This document shows, one piece after another, positions 23,359-34,380 of a DNA stretch of 38,940 nt. Under the pieces are notes generated by a model. It was given only the letters and a program-made list of their open reading frames with translations. It did no database searches and was not told where the DNA came from. Each line of letters begins with the position of its first letter. The stretch's first letter is position 1. This DNA comes from Octopus sinensis (taxonomy: Eukaryota): assembly GCF_006345805.1 (NCBI RefSeq), contig NW_021835736.1, positions 1 to 38,940 on the forward strand. Direction: 5' to 3'. Position numbers and translations under genes: made by a program.

Positions 23359-24819
23359 TCATGAAGCGGTATGAGTAAAAAGCCATACATGAAACAGTTT
23401 TAGATGTCGCAGCCGAGGGCTCGTTTGGTTTGTGGTGAGGAATGCCGAAATGGTACCCGTCTTCTCCATACGGAAAAAGAAGGGATACTGCAGGGCGTCA
23501 TATGACCGATGCGTCTCATTAATACGCTGAAGACCACTGTCGCGGCTTTGAAGAACTATGTCCCGCTGCTTGTGCTGTTCACCATGGAGAACTATGGCCA
23601 CTTCATTGCACGAAGGAGCGTTATATCGCCGCGCGTGCTCCCCAGAAGGCCTTTTGTCAGCAACGATGACAATGGTGAATGTTGGTGAAGGGGCTGTTTC
23701 CAAGGCGTATTTGAAACTGCGAATATAGCTGTTGTGGTCATGAAGCATGTTTTGCAGAGTGAGCAGCACGTCCCTGTCGAAATTGTCAGCGTCAGTGTTT
23801 GCAGGTTGTGGAATTACGTCGAAACGCAAATCAAGTTGCCTATTATAATTTGTAATAAAATAAATTTGAAGGAACGAAGGTTTGCAATTTTGTAGTGGCT
23901 GGAGTGACCCAATAAGGTGGTACACCTGGCCCTGGACCTTGAAAGTAGGCATCCAACCAGTTTCTCTGACAACGTTAGCCCCGAAAGAAGTCATCTGAAA
24001 TGCACAATTGTATTTCCTGATGAGTTGAAGGAATTTTGATGACCTTGAGGTGGAACCAGTAAGTAATTCCTTCAAAGGGTCTGGCAGCTCCCGAAGAGGG
24101 GGCAAGCTGACCTTACCGTTTAAGCAGCACATCGCAGGTGGTTCCCCAGCCCACTTTTTAGCATTGCAGAATTGGCAATTGAAGAACTTTCCCCAATATT
24201 TGTCAGCGTGCATCGAGTAATTGAAGTTGGGCTCATACTTGAAAGCACGTAGAAGCCAGTAAGGTCTGTTTGGACTCGTCAGACCGCGGCGTCGACTGTT
24301 CCGCTGGAATGTAGAACGTTGCTGGTCTGAGTCGTGGGAATGTGTCGAAAATGTTGAAGCAGCAGTAGCCGCAGCGTTTGTAGCCAGTCGAGTGGCCCTT
24401 TGTTGTGGGTCCTCTGAAACCCTTTGTGCAGCAACAGCAGAAGCGTTTATGGCGCTGCGCTTCGACCTTGTTTCCGGACCGTCTGAAGCCGTGGAAGCAG
24501 CATCGTATGAAGCAACCGCAGCGTTTGTAGCCAGTCGAGTGGCCCTTTGTTGTGGGTCCTCTGAAGCCCTTTGTGCAGCAACAGCAGAAGCGTTTATGGC
24601 GCTGCGCTTCGACTTTGTTTCCGGACCGTCTGAAGTCGTGGAAGCAGCATCGTATGAAGCAACCGCAGCGTTTGTAGCCAGTCGAGTGGCCCTTTGTTGT
24701 GGGTCCTCTGAAGCCCTTTGTGCAGCAACAGCAGAAGCGTTTATGGCGCTGCGCTTCGCCTTTTTCGCAGCTGCTGCTGCAGTATGGCGGCCGATGTGAC
24801 TTCTCTTTTTCGGTGGCAT
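23359..24819 (-). CDS. RepHel: RepHel N-terminal ORF segment (repeats, Zn finger)
   Basis: 486-aa ORF with CxxC...CC finger, FQMTSFG, KVQGQVYH, SFLQIYF and SYDALQYP motifs. Last ~40 aa are out of frame. Confidence 0.85.
   Translation of the reverse strand: MPPKKRSHIGRHTAAAAAKKAKRSAINASAVAAQRASEDPQQRATRLATNAAVASYDAASTTSDGPETKSKRSAINASAVAAQRASEDPQQRATRLATNAAVASYDAASTASDGPETRSKRSAINASAVAAQRVSEDPQQRATRLATNAAATAASTFSTHSHDSDQQRSTFQRNSRRRGLTSPNRPYWLLRAFKYEPNFNYSMHADKYWGKFFNCQFCNAKKWAGEPPAMCCLNGKVSLPPLRELPDPLKELLTGSTSRSSKFLQLIRKYNCAFQMTSFGANVVRETGWMPTFKVQGQVYHLIGSLQPLQNCKPSFLQIYFITNYNRQLDLRFDVIPQPANTDADNFDRDVLLTLQNMLHDHNSYIRSFKYALETAPSPTFTIVIVADKRPSGEHARRYNAPSCNEVAIVLHGEQHKQRDIVLQSRDSGLQRINETHRSYDALQYPFFFRMEKTGTISAFLTTNQTSPRLRHLKLFHVWLFTHTAS
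24370..24758 (-). repeat. 147-bp (49-aa) coding tandem repeat, ~2.6 copies, in the RepHel N-terminus
   Basis: GCAGCGTTTG recurs at 24371, 24518 and 24665. Confidence 0.95.
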
Positions 24820-25163
24820 TTTATGTGAAAAAGAAAGGGTGAAAGTTACTTAAAGATAGAAATTGTAATTTGAATGAAATGTGGAAAAATGTAAAGCGTG
24901 GAAGGAAAAGAAATAAATATTAGCAGCTGAAAGAAATTTTTTATGCAAGTATAGCGACAGAGTGTGTAAAATGTATAGAAATTTGAGTTAAAAGCCAGAA
25001 AGAAAAATAGATTTGCAATAAGGAATAGTTTACGTACATGTTCGAAATGTGAAGTGTTTTAGTTGTTTAATCAAATATTTGCGTAAAGTGTATAGAAACG
25101 TAAATTGAAAAAAGAAAATGAATTGAAATTTTTTAAGAAAGGATTTGTTTACATACATGTGTG

Positions 25164-25372
25164 AAATGGCAAATGTTTGTGCAGTTGTCCGAAATGGAAT
25201 CCAGGGTAATGTGTGGAACTGATGTATTATAATGAATAGTCCTTCTTGAACTGAAAACCAGTGGTGTAAATGGCAAATGTTTGTGCAGTTGTCCGAAATG
25301 GAATCCAGGGTAAATGTGTGGAACTGATGTATTATAATGAATAGTCCTTCTTGAACTGAAAACCAGTGGTGT
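25164..25372. repeat. 104/105-bp tandem duplication in the Helitron 5' non-coding region
   Basis: AAATGGCAAATG units start at 25164 and 25268 and differ by one base. Confidence 0.95.
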
Positions 25373-26255
25373 AGCATAAAAGACGATAAGGGATCTTCTC
25401 GTCAAAATGGATGACCAGTCTGAATGGCTCACCCCTGTCACACACACACACACACACACAGACACACACGCACAGACACATGCACACACACACAGACACA
25501 CACACACGTTAGCTTACAATGTCTGTCAACAATTGACACTGTCGTATATATTAGCGTGTCTATGTGTCTAAAGAGGAAGTTGGAGTAATAGGCAGAGTAA
25601 AGGCTTCAAAGTGAAATGTTAAAATATTGAGTTTTCTCGAATTTTGTCTTAATTGGGGGTGAAATTGAAAGAAATATATTATGGCATGAGCGAATGGAGT
25701 ACTTTGAAAAATCTTAGGTAAATTCTAATTGAAGAAATTGTGTGAGGAGTAAATGGTTATGTATTTATTTGTTTCTGTTTGCTGTGTTTTTGTTATTTTT
25801 TGAGTAGTGGTTTAAATACTTTCAGTTTAGTCTTCCTCGAATCACTCTGTCGCTATTTACTTTCATTTTATTCGTTGCACACTGTGTGTGTGCGTTTGCG
25901 TGTGGTGTAAACCAGACTAAGAAAAGCATTTGACACACACACCAGAATGTGAGTTTTCTGTAAATTTTGCTTAATTGGAGTTTAAATTTTAAAAACTGGA
26001 CCTGGCATGACCCGATGCATTCTACTCTTAAAAATGCTAGGTAAATTGTAATTGAAGAAATCCTATATTGTAGATTTCTATAACTCCCAAAGGGAGGCAG
26101 ATAAAATCTGCCTTTTATAATAAGAGATACATATACTACACAGATATATATAATGTATAGCATATACACATATACTACACACACACACACATATATATAC
26201 GTTCATATATGTGTATATAGTGTGTATCTATGTTTATTATATGAATATATATATA

Positions 26256-26541
26256 TTGGGTCATCCCATAAATAATGCGGTTTTGCATACTTTTATTTTT
26301 CAAAATTAAGATAATCAAACAATTTCAGTATGCAAAGTGTTTATAAACCATATAAAAACGCACGAAAACCGTTAGATTCACTTCAACATTTAAATTTAAT
26401 TTGTCAAAATATTTTCGTCGCTTGAAACCGCGACCTGTTCGCTGACAAAATACTGTGATGCGTCTCTGAATTTTGTCTGTGAACAGGTCGACTTTTAGTT
26501 CGTACAACTGAAAAAACCGTATAATCTATGGGATGACCATA
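26256..26541. mobile_element. Tc1/mariner-type MITE (~286 bp)
   Basis: 29-bp imperfect TIRs TTGGGTCATCCCATAAATAATGCGGTTTT and AAAACCGTATAATCTATGGGATGACCATA, with TA at the left flank. The TIR resembles mariner TTAGGTTGG...TGCGGTTTT. Confidence 0.75.
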
Positions 26542-27177
26542 GATATATTATATATATTTATATATAAATAAATAACAAGCGATGGATAATGTGCTAATTT
26601 ACTACAGCTGTTTCCAACGAATTTTTAATTTTTTAATTTTTGCATTCCTTGAATTGATTCAGCTTTAAAGCTGCGGTCATGATAAATGATTTGTGTCTGT
26701 CTGTCTGCATGTGTGTGCGTTTGTGTTTTTTTTGTGTGTGTGTTTCGCCGATGCATATCAGCAAAGGAGTTAAACAGCCATGAGAGAACCGAGAACACGG
26801 TGCTTTTCGAAGATCGTTACTATATTTGTTCTGCACTGAGTTAAAGACACTCACTTGACGTCAGGAGAGGAAATGTAATTAATGGATGCTATTCTTTCGC
26901 AATTGTCTTTCCTAAATTATCAAAACTTATTTCCTGATAGCGAATAGACTATTCCCCAGACGATCATTTAGCTGTGGTTTCGATTCTAGAACTAGGCGGT
27001 GCTTTATTTTAAGTTGCTCTTGAAATAGGTTCCAGCAATCCCTGAGGATTTATCTTACAGCGATCTACCAATAGAATTCCTCGGATTAGCTTGTGCTGTG
27101 CCTACGTATTTCACAAGCTGAGTGCGATTTAATTTTTTCTGACAGCAGCATTTCCTCTGATTTTGAGATTCTATGTT

Positions 27178-27316
27178 AAAATGCCGCCGAGGTCGACTCT
27201 GCGTTTCATTCTTTCGAGGTCGATAAAATAAGAAGTACCAGTTGAATACTGGGGACGATATTATCGACTTAGACCCTTTCCGTGAAATTTTTGACTATAT
27301 GCTAACATTTGAAATC
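27178..27316 (+). mobile_element. SINE family B, headless fragment
   Basis: CCGAGGTCGACTCTGCGTTTCATTCTTTCGAGGTCGATAAAAT core. Confidence 0.75.
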
Positions 27317-27397
27317 ATCGTCATCACCATCCTCATCATCATCATCATTATATCAACCTTACCACCATCATTATCATTATTATTATTATCATATGCT

Positions 27398-27540
27398 GGT
27401 ACGTTCAAATTCTACCGAGGTCGACTTTGCCTTTTATCCTTTCGGGAATCGATAAAATGAGTACAAACTGAGCCCTGGGGTCGCTGTAATCAATTTAGCA
27501 CCGAAAAAAATTGCTAACCCAATGCCAAAAATTTGAAACC
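27398..27540 (+). mobile_element. SINE family B, headless fragment
   Basis: GTTCAAATTC...GAGGTCGACTTTGCC core with AATTTGAAACC tail. Confidence 0.75.
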
Positions 27541-27945
27541 GTTTTTGTTGTTGTTGTTGTTTAAAAAATAGCAATAGTTTCCCTTCTTGCAATAAAGACA
27601 CTTAGATATAAGAAAGAAAACATGTTCAAAACTTACAAATGCTGTGCGAGAGAATGCTCCTAAAAATATTTATACAGATTCCAGGATCGATGTTTTCTTG
27701 AACGTACTTCTGTCTATCTTCAGAGGTAATCTTTCAATGTCTTAAAGTAAATTGTATTACATTCCAATTATACCATTTAAAATGGAATGGCAGAGAATTC
27801 TTTTACTACCTTTTTTTTTTCTTTTTTACTTCAATATTTATTTCTCTTATAATGCATTACCTTTCCGCTTGCTCTTCAGCAATTTTGTGATGTCTTGGTA
27901 TAACTATATCGATTATTAATATAATATTCAAGTATTATGGAATAT

Positions 27946-28119
27946 AAGGTGCGAGCTGGCAGAATCGTTAGCACACCAGGCGAAATGCTTAGCAGTATTT
28001 CGCTCGTCCGTCCTTACGCTTTCAGTTCAAATTCCGCCGAAACTAACTTTGCCTTTCATTCTTGCGGGGTCGATAAATTAGGAACCAGTTGAACACTGGG
28101 GTCAATGTAATCGATTAAA
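27946..28119 (+). mobile_element. SINE family B (3'-truncated)
   Basis: GCGAGCTGGCAGAATCGTTAG head plus core. Confidence 0.8.
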
Positions 28120-29374
28120 CTAATTGATTTATAGAAACTGCATCCCTCTGCCACGCTATGTCGAGCCAGAGTGACAAAGTCGGCTAATTAATCTGGTATG
28201 ATTTCAAACTCAAACCCACGGCCTCCACACCAGACCGTGGCTGGGTGGGAAGAACATGCTGAGGCCTTCACCCGGCAGTAGACTAAATAAGAGAAATCCA
28301 ATCCAGTCATGGAATATAATATTAAGTGTTTAATGCGCTCCCTTTGAGTCAGCCTGTTTGCTAGAATTGCTTGCTGTTTGACCTTTACCGTTGTTGATCG
28401 ACAATATTACAGAGGAAGTAACTTAGCTTAACCACCAGAGCTGTGCCTAGGATATTTACACAAGCAAGTGCCTAGCTCCAAGTTCAGTAACCAGTTTTCC
28501 AATCATGGATATACCACGTAGGAGAGACACGTCAATACGTTCGCAGCAGCCACGGAGCCGCGCGGGCGTGGGGGGGGGGGCTAAATATTGATATAACATA
28601 ATCGTTTTAATCCTCCGGATTTTCTGCAGGGTGTTAGTCTCTTAGCATTTTTGAAAGGCTCAATAAATTGCCCTACGAGGCAGCAGTATTTTCTCATTAA
28701 CAGGCAAAGGTTCCTTTGATTGAAGCCGGATGGTCATGTAGAGCAGCCTTGATTCGTTCCTGTATGTCCGAGAAATGTTTTGGTACTTAGAGTCCTAGAA
28801 TAGGGACATCCTGATAAACAGGGCCATCCTGATACAATACGGTGCATTATTACTCCCGAGGATATGCCACATAAAAGACGTCCATGATCACATTTTATAA
28901 ATCGTAGCCATTCTTCTTACTTCCTTTGAGGAGAGCTTAGTTGTATATGCGGTTCCATTCTCGTTGCTTTTTATGCTATAATCTCCAGAGAAATAAAAAG
29001 CCGATTTGATTCCGGTAATGAATGAAGTCAGAACATAAAATGGCAGTATTAAATTGTGTAGAGGCGTTTAACTCCTCCCTGAAAGGTTTTTATTTAGATT
29101 TCTTTATAAGGACTATACAGTAACAACAGCAACAAGAACATATGCCTGCTTCATTAGCTACCATCACCATCACTCTTGCTTCCATCTTAATAGCGGCTGC
29201 CATTACACAATGATGTGACGTCACAGCGACACGTGACATCGACATGCCGTACTCTACCTGTAATCACCTTTAATTGCATCCCCTTGTTTGATCCGTTTGG
29301 CAAATTACTTCAGTGAAGGATTCGCTAAAATAACTTGTCTTCAGCTGGTGACGAAGGTGGTTTCGTGATGGTGG

Positions 29375-29462
29375 CGCTGGAGGTGGTAGCGGCGGTGGTG
29401 GTGGTGGCGGCGGCGGCGGCGGCGGCGGTGGTCGGTCGCTGGCTGTAGCGGCGGTGGCGATG
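29375..29462. repeat. GC-rich (GGC/GGT)n tract
   Basis: Read directly. Unusually CpG-rich for this window. Confidence 0.9.
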
Positions 29463-29719
29463 TTTGTGGTGGTGGTTGTGGAGGAGGAGTCGGTGGTGTG
29501 TTGGAGCTCGTGGAGTTGAATGGAATGGTTTGGGGAAGGTGAAGGGGAGAGGGGTTTTTGCTTGTGATGTCAGTTCGATGTTATGGGGTAATGATGACGA
29601 CGACGACGATGATGATGATGATGACAGGGGTTGCGGTGAAGGAAACCTAGAAGCATTACACCCGTAACACCCAACACCACATTCGCCATCAACAGTTACT
29701 GGTACCAACACCACTACCA

Positions 29720-30095
29720 TCACCACCACCAATAACAACCAACAACAACAACAATTGCATTAACATGTTCAAGAACCAGATTAAAAAAAAATAAAATAAC
29801 TTCGTAAACAACAACATGAAAACGACCGACCAAACGCTACGGCCAACAACAACAACAACAACAACAGCAACAACGACATCTTCACTGCAGCAGGAACAAC
29901 AAATATAACAATATGCAAATAGCAGCTATCTCAACAACAATAACAACAACAACAATAACAAATATATAACAGCATAAAAATAGTAACTATTTCAATAACA
30001 ACATCAACAACAACAATAAACCCAACAGAAAACTCAAGAATGCCAGCGTTAAAAACAACAACAACAACAACAACATCAGTGTCAATAACAACGAT
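29720..30095. repeat. Degenerate (AAC)n field
   Basis: Read directly. Confidence 0.9.
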
Positions 30096-30132
30096 GATGT
30101 AAATGTATAAAAACGAAAGCAAGAAGTGAGTG

Positions 30133-30161
30133 ACTTCCAAGATGGCGGTGTTTGGGTGAGT
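30133..30161 (+). promoter_or_regulatory. Candidate gene start: YY1-like CAAGATGGCGG overlapping ATG, followed by splice donor GG|GTGAGT
   Basis: ACTTCCAAG ATG GCG GTG TTT GG|GTGAGT gives a 14-nt coding mini-exon (MAVFG). Motif evidence only. Confidence 0.35.
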
Positions 30162-30239
30162 GAAACGATTTTCTTTAATTTACTATTTACAACATTTAAT
30201 TTCAACATCTAATTTTAAAATTCAATTGCTTTATTATTT

Positions 30240-30770
30240 CCGTCCTTCCTTCCTTACTCTCTCTCTCTCTCTTTCTTTCTCACCCTTCCGCTCTCTGTCT
30301 CTCTTTCTCCCTATCTACTTCTATCTCTCACTTTCTCTCTCTCACCCTGCTGTTTCTTCGCTCCTCTTTCTTTTACTCTCTTCCCGCCTCTCCCTCTCTC
30401 GCTCTCTTTCTCCCTATCTACTCCTATCGCTCTCTTTCCTGGTGTTTCTTAGCTCCTCTTTATTTTACTCTCTTTCCCGCTTCTCTCACTCTCTCCTTTT
30501 CCTTCCCTCTCTCTCTCTCTCTCTCACTTTTTCTAACACTCATTTAACTCAATCTTCTTCTTTGGCGTCGTCTTCATTTCTTCTCATTATTCTTCATTTT
30601 TGTCTTCTGTTCCTTCTCCTTTCTCTTCTTTTTCTTTTTCTTCTTCTTCTTCAGTGTCGCCTCTTTCTTCATTTCCTTTTTTACCCTATTTTTCATCTTC
30701 TTCTTCCCTTCAACTTCTTTAATTTCTCCATATTTATCTCCCCTACCCGTCTCCATTTCCCCGTTCACTG
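30240..30770. repeat. Polypyrimidine (CT/CTT) low-complexity tract
   Basis: Read directly. Explains the 328-aa L/S/F-rich ORF. Confidence 0.9.
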
Positions 30771-31050
30771 TTCACCATTACAAGCTATTCCTGAAGAAAA
30801 AAACACATTTAAAAAATCGTCAAATTTAGCCCTAACACCCTGTATGTATGTATATGTGTATGTATGTATGTATGCATGCATACATGCATGCATGTATGTA
30901 TGTATGTATGTGTGTATGTACGTATGTGATTGTTCAGTTTTATTTCAAGATTTCTTACTAATAGAAAAAGAACCGGTTTCTAACCTAGATTCAAGGCTCC
31001 TTCATTGGAATTTCAAAATCAAAAACAGAGTATGTATGTATGTATGTATA

Positions 31051-31108
<58 letters not shown>

Positions 31109-31141
31109 ATATATATTATATATATATATGTATGTATATAT

Positions 31142-31676
31142 ATTAACGATTGAGGATAAAATCTTTAAAAGAAATTATCAGTAGTCAGCGTGAAAAACCT
31201 CGTAAGAGAAAAAATCCGTAAATTCTTCCTCTTTGAAAATATTCATTTATATTATATTGAGGGTACTACTATTCGTAGATACCAACACGCTAAGAGGGAC
31301 CAATGCGGTCAAAACTACTAAAAATAAACAAAATTTTACCGAATGCAAAACTTCACAACACATCATTTTAAAAAAGAATTCAGTTACATATCACATGTGA
31401 TTTCGCATTTAAATGCAGAATATGCATTTCATGTTCATCAGTGCAACAAACTCAAGAAATATAAGAAAAAACATAACATTACAAGCTCGATAGCCAACCG
31501 TAGAATTCGTCGTAGCATGTACGAATGTTTATCTTTACATATCTATGAAAATGGCGGGCTTATTCGCAATGCATTTCGGTAACAAATTGTCTATTCGGAA
31601 TAAAAATTCAGTATTGAACTATTCCGGTGAAAAATATAAATTAACGATTGAGGATAAAATCTTTAAAAGAAATTAT
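31142..31676 (+). repeat. ~500-bp unit bounded by 37-bp identical direct repeats
   Basis: ATTAACGATTGAGGATAAAATCTTTAAAAGAAATTAT at 31142-31178 and 31640-31676. Confidence 0.85.
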
Positions 31677-31706
31677 ATATATATATATGTATGTATGTAT
31701 ATATAT

Positions 31707-31838
31707 AAAAGAGACTGGTAAAATAAGCACCGGGCTTGCAAAGAAAAAGTCCTGGTGTCGATTCGTTTGACTCAAGGCGCTGCTCCAGCATAGCCGCAGT
31801 CAAATGACTGAATCAAATAAAAGAATTAAAGAATAAGA
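31707..31838 (+). mobile_element. SINE family A, 3' fragment
   Basis: AAAAGAGAC...GCTCCAGCATAGCCGCAGTCAAATGACTGAA. Confidence 0.8.
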
Positions 31839-32280
31839 AAAATAGAAGTTGAAAATGCACTGAGAAAAGTTAGAATATTTTTTATTTAAAGATTTAACAC
31901 CGGTTTACACTAATTTTCAAATATTTGAAGTAGAAAGACTTGGCTTACGTCGCAGCTGCTTTTGCTTCCGGAGTTCATGGCTCAAATCAGTGTATGTTTT
32001 GATTCGTAAAGGACAGTCACATGACTGGTCTTAGAAGTTTTTATTGGTTCCCCGCTACGTCCATGTGTTAGTATCAAGTAACAATGTTTAGCATCGTAAG
32101 TTAAGACTGACACGGTTGACTGAACAAGTCTAGTGGTAGTACTAAACGACCAATGCTCTCAATGTTTTCTGTCAAGTGTTTGTGGAGAAGGAACACGTGA
32201 TTAAGTTTAGAACCTTCTGCATGTTTCCCGCTACGTCCGTACGTTAGTGTCACGTGACAGTATATTTTACGCCTAAAATG

Positions 32281-32512
32281 AAGACCGAGCTGGCAGAAAC
32301 GTTAGCGCGCCGGACGAAATGCGTAGCCGTATTTCGTCTGTCGTTACGTTCTGAGTTCAAATTCCGCCGAGGTCGACTTTGCCTTTCATCCTTTCGGGGT
32401 CGATAAATTAAGTACCAGTTACGTACTGGGGTCGTGTAATCGATTTAATCCGTTTGTCTGACCTTGTTTGTCCCCTCTGTGTTTAGCCCCTTGTGGGTAG
32501 TAAAGAAATAGG
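32281..32512 (+). mobile_element. SINE family B (near full length)
   Basis: Close match to the reverse complement of 8657-8879. Confidence 0.9.
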
Positions 32513-32957
32513 TTGAGTGAACATGTTTCGTTACAATCAATCACATGAATGTATATAATTGAGTGTGTATTAAATAAATTTCGCAACATAGATTTAGAAC
32601 TCCTTTCATTTCATTACATTCCACACGGTCCAGGGTTCGATTCCACAGCATGACATCGTGGACAAATGTCATTTTCTATGACTTCGGATTGAGCCATACT
32701 TTGTAAGTGAAACTACATGGACGAAAACTGTGCTGAAGCCCATTAGAGGGATTGTACATTTTATTCGAAGATATAGCCTTGTCACACGCATTTTCCCGCT
32801 GATTCTACCCGAGGATGAGCTTAAGTCTCCATGAAATACTCAGCCCCTTAAATATTAATTCAGGGGTTGGTAATTATGTTAATCAAACAACTGAATCCTC
32901 TTCATCAAAGAAGAGAGAGATCCACCTCACTCCAACCATTTTTATTTAGTGCTTCTA

Positions 32958-33012
32958 CAGTAATCCCTCGACTATCGCCAGTGTTGCGTTCGAAAAAATA
33001 TCCGCGAAATAG
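32958..33012 (+). mobile_element. Tc1/pogo (Tigger-like) TIR fragment
   Basis: TA|CAGTAATCCCTCGACTATCGC resembles Tigger-type ends (recall). The other end was not found. Confidence 0.35.
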
Positions 33013-33032
33013 AAACAGTACTGTACTCTCTC

Positions 33033-33400
33033 TCTTTTTACTCTTTTACTTGTTTCAGTGATTTGACTGCGGCCATGCTGGGACTTATTCTTTTGTAAGC
33101 CCAGTACTTATTCTATCGGTCTCTTTTGCAGAACCGCTAAGTTACGGGGACATAAACACACCAGCATCGGTTGTCAAGCAATGCTAGGGGGACAAACACA
33201 GACACACAAACACACACACGCATATATATATATACATATATACGACGGGCTTCTTTCAGTTTCCGTCTACCAAATCCACTCACAAGGCTTTGGTCGGCCC
33301 GAGGCTATAGTAGAAGACACTTGGTGCCAGGCAGTGGGATTGAACCCGGAACCATGTGGTTGGTGAACAAGCTACTTACCACACAGCCACTCCTGCGCCT
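33033..33400 (-). mobile_element. SINE family A (full length, small deletions)
   Basis: Aligns to the reverse complement of family A. Confidence 0.92.
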
Positions 33401-33445
33401 ATACATTTCATTGTGCTGTACTGTACATTTCATTATTATTATTAT

Positions 33446-33821
33446 TGTGTGGTAAGTAGCTTGCTAACCAACCACATGGTTCCGGGTTCAGTCCCACTGC
33501 GTGGCATCTTGGGCAAGTGTCTTCTGCTGTAGCTCCGGGCCGACCAATGCCTTGTGAGTGGATTTGGTAGATAGAAACTGAAAGAAGCCTGTCGTATATA
33601 TGTATATATATATAAGTGTGTGTGTTTCTGTGTTTGTCCCCCTAGCATTGCTTGACAACCGATGCTGGTGTGTTTACGTCCCCGTCACTTAGCGGTTCGG
33701 CAAAAGAGACCGATAGAATAAGTACTGGGCTTACAAAGAATAAGTCCCGGGGTCGATTTGCTTGACTAAAGGCGGTGCTCCAGCATGGCCGCAGTCAAAT
33801 GACTGAAACAAGTAAAAGAGT
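33446..33821 (+). mobile_element. SINE family A (lacks ~15 nt of head)
   Basis: Aligns to family A. Confidence 0.92.
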
Positions 33822-33974
33822 ATATAATAATTTTATTATCAATGCAAACCAAGACCACCGAATAATCGACGTAAGCTTCAATAATAAAACGCGAGAGGTC
33901 TCTGTGAGCATTGGCTAACAGCAGTGTTTTAGTTTGGTTCCCGCGCTGATTGTTAAAAAGAATCCTAGCAACTT

Positions 33975-34380
33975 AGGCGCATGCGTGGCTGTGTGGTAAG
34001 AAGTTTACTTCCCGACCACATGGTCCCGGGTTCATTCCTCCCGCATAGGCATGGCACCTTGGGCAAGAGTCTTCTATAGTCTTGGGGCGACTAAAGCTTT
34101 GTAAGTAGATTTGGTAGACGGAAACTGAAAGAATCCCGTAGTATATATATGCATATATCTATATGTTTATATATGTGTGTGTCTTTGCGTCAGTGTTTCC
34201 CACACCACCACCGCTTGACAACCGGTGTGTGTTTGCTTACATCTCTCTAATCTAGCGGTTCGGCAAAAGAGCCCGACCTAGTAAAAAAAATAACTACTGG
34301 GGCCTATTCGTTCGACTAAAATCTCTCCAAGGTGGTGCCCCAGCATGGCCGCAGTCTAATGACTGAAAAAGATAAAAGAA
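33975..34380 (+). mobile_element. SINE family A, older diverged copy
   Basis: AGGCGCATGCGTGGCTGTGTGGTAAG head through CAGCATGGCCGCAGTC tail. Confidence 0.85.

Larger units (their letters stand above)
20112..24819 (-). pseudogene. RepHel: Helitron Rep/helicase (about 1,570 aa when frameshifts are bridged)
   Basis: Zn finger CQFC...MCCLNGKV. Rep motifs PDLFITFTCNPKW, VEWQKRGLPHAHILLW (HUH) and YICKYVNK. PIF1 motifs DAPGGTGKT, IVWDECTM, GDFRQTLPV, ILAPRN, NGTRL, SINKAQGQTL, FSHGQLYVGCSRV. Frameshifts near 23483, 23147, 21151, 20822, 20360 and 20138. Confidence 0.93.
19273..26127 (-). mobile_element. Full-length autonomous-type Helitron (6,855 bp)
   Basis: 5' A|TCTCTTATTATAAAAGG at 26127. 3' hairpin CCCGAGCAACGCCGGG (19285-19300) followed by CTAG|T at 19273. 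Inserted in an AT dinucleotide without TSD. Contains RepHel. Confidence 0.95.

Noticed and set aside
24392-24799. 135-aa + strand ORF with repeats
   Set aside because: Antisense shadow of the RepHel 147-bp repeats.
30160-31146. 328-aa ORF
   Set aside because: Stop-free only because it crosses polypyrimidine and TA tracts.
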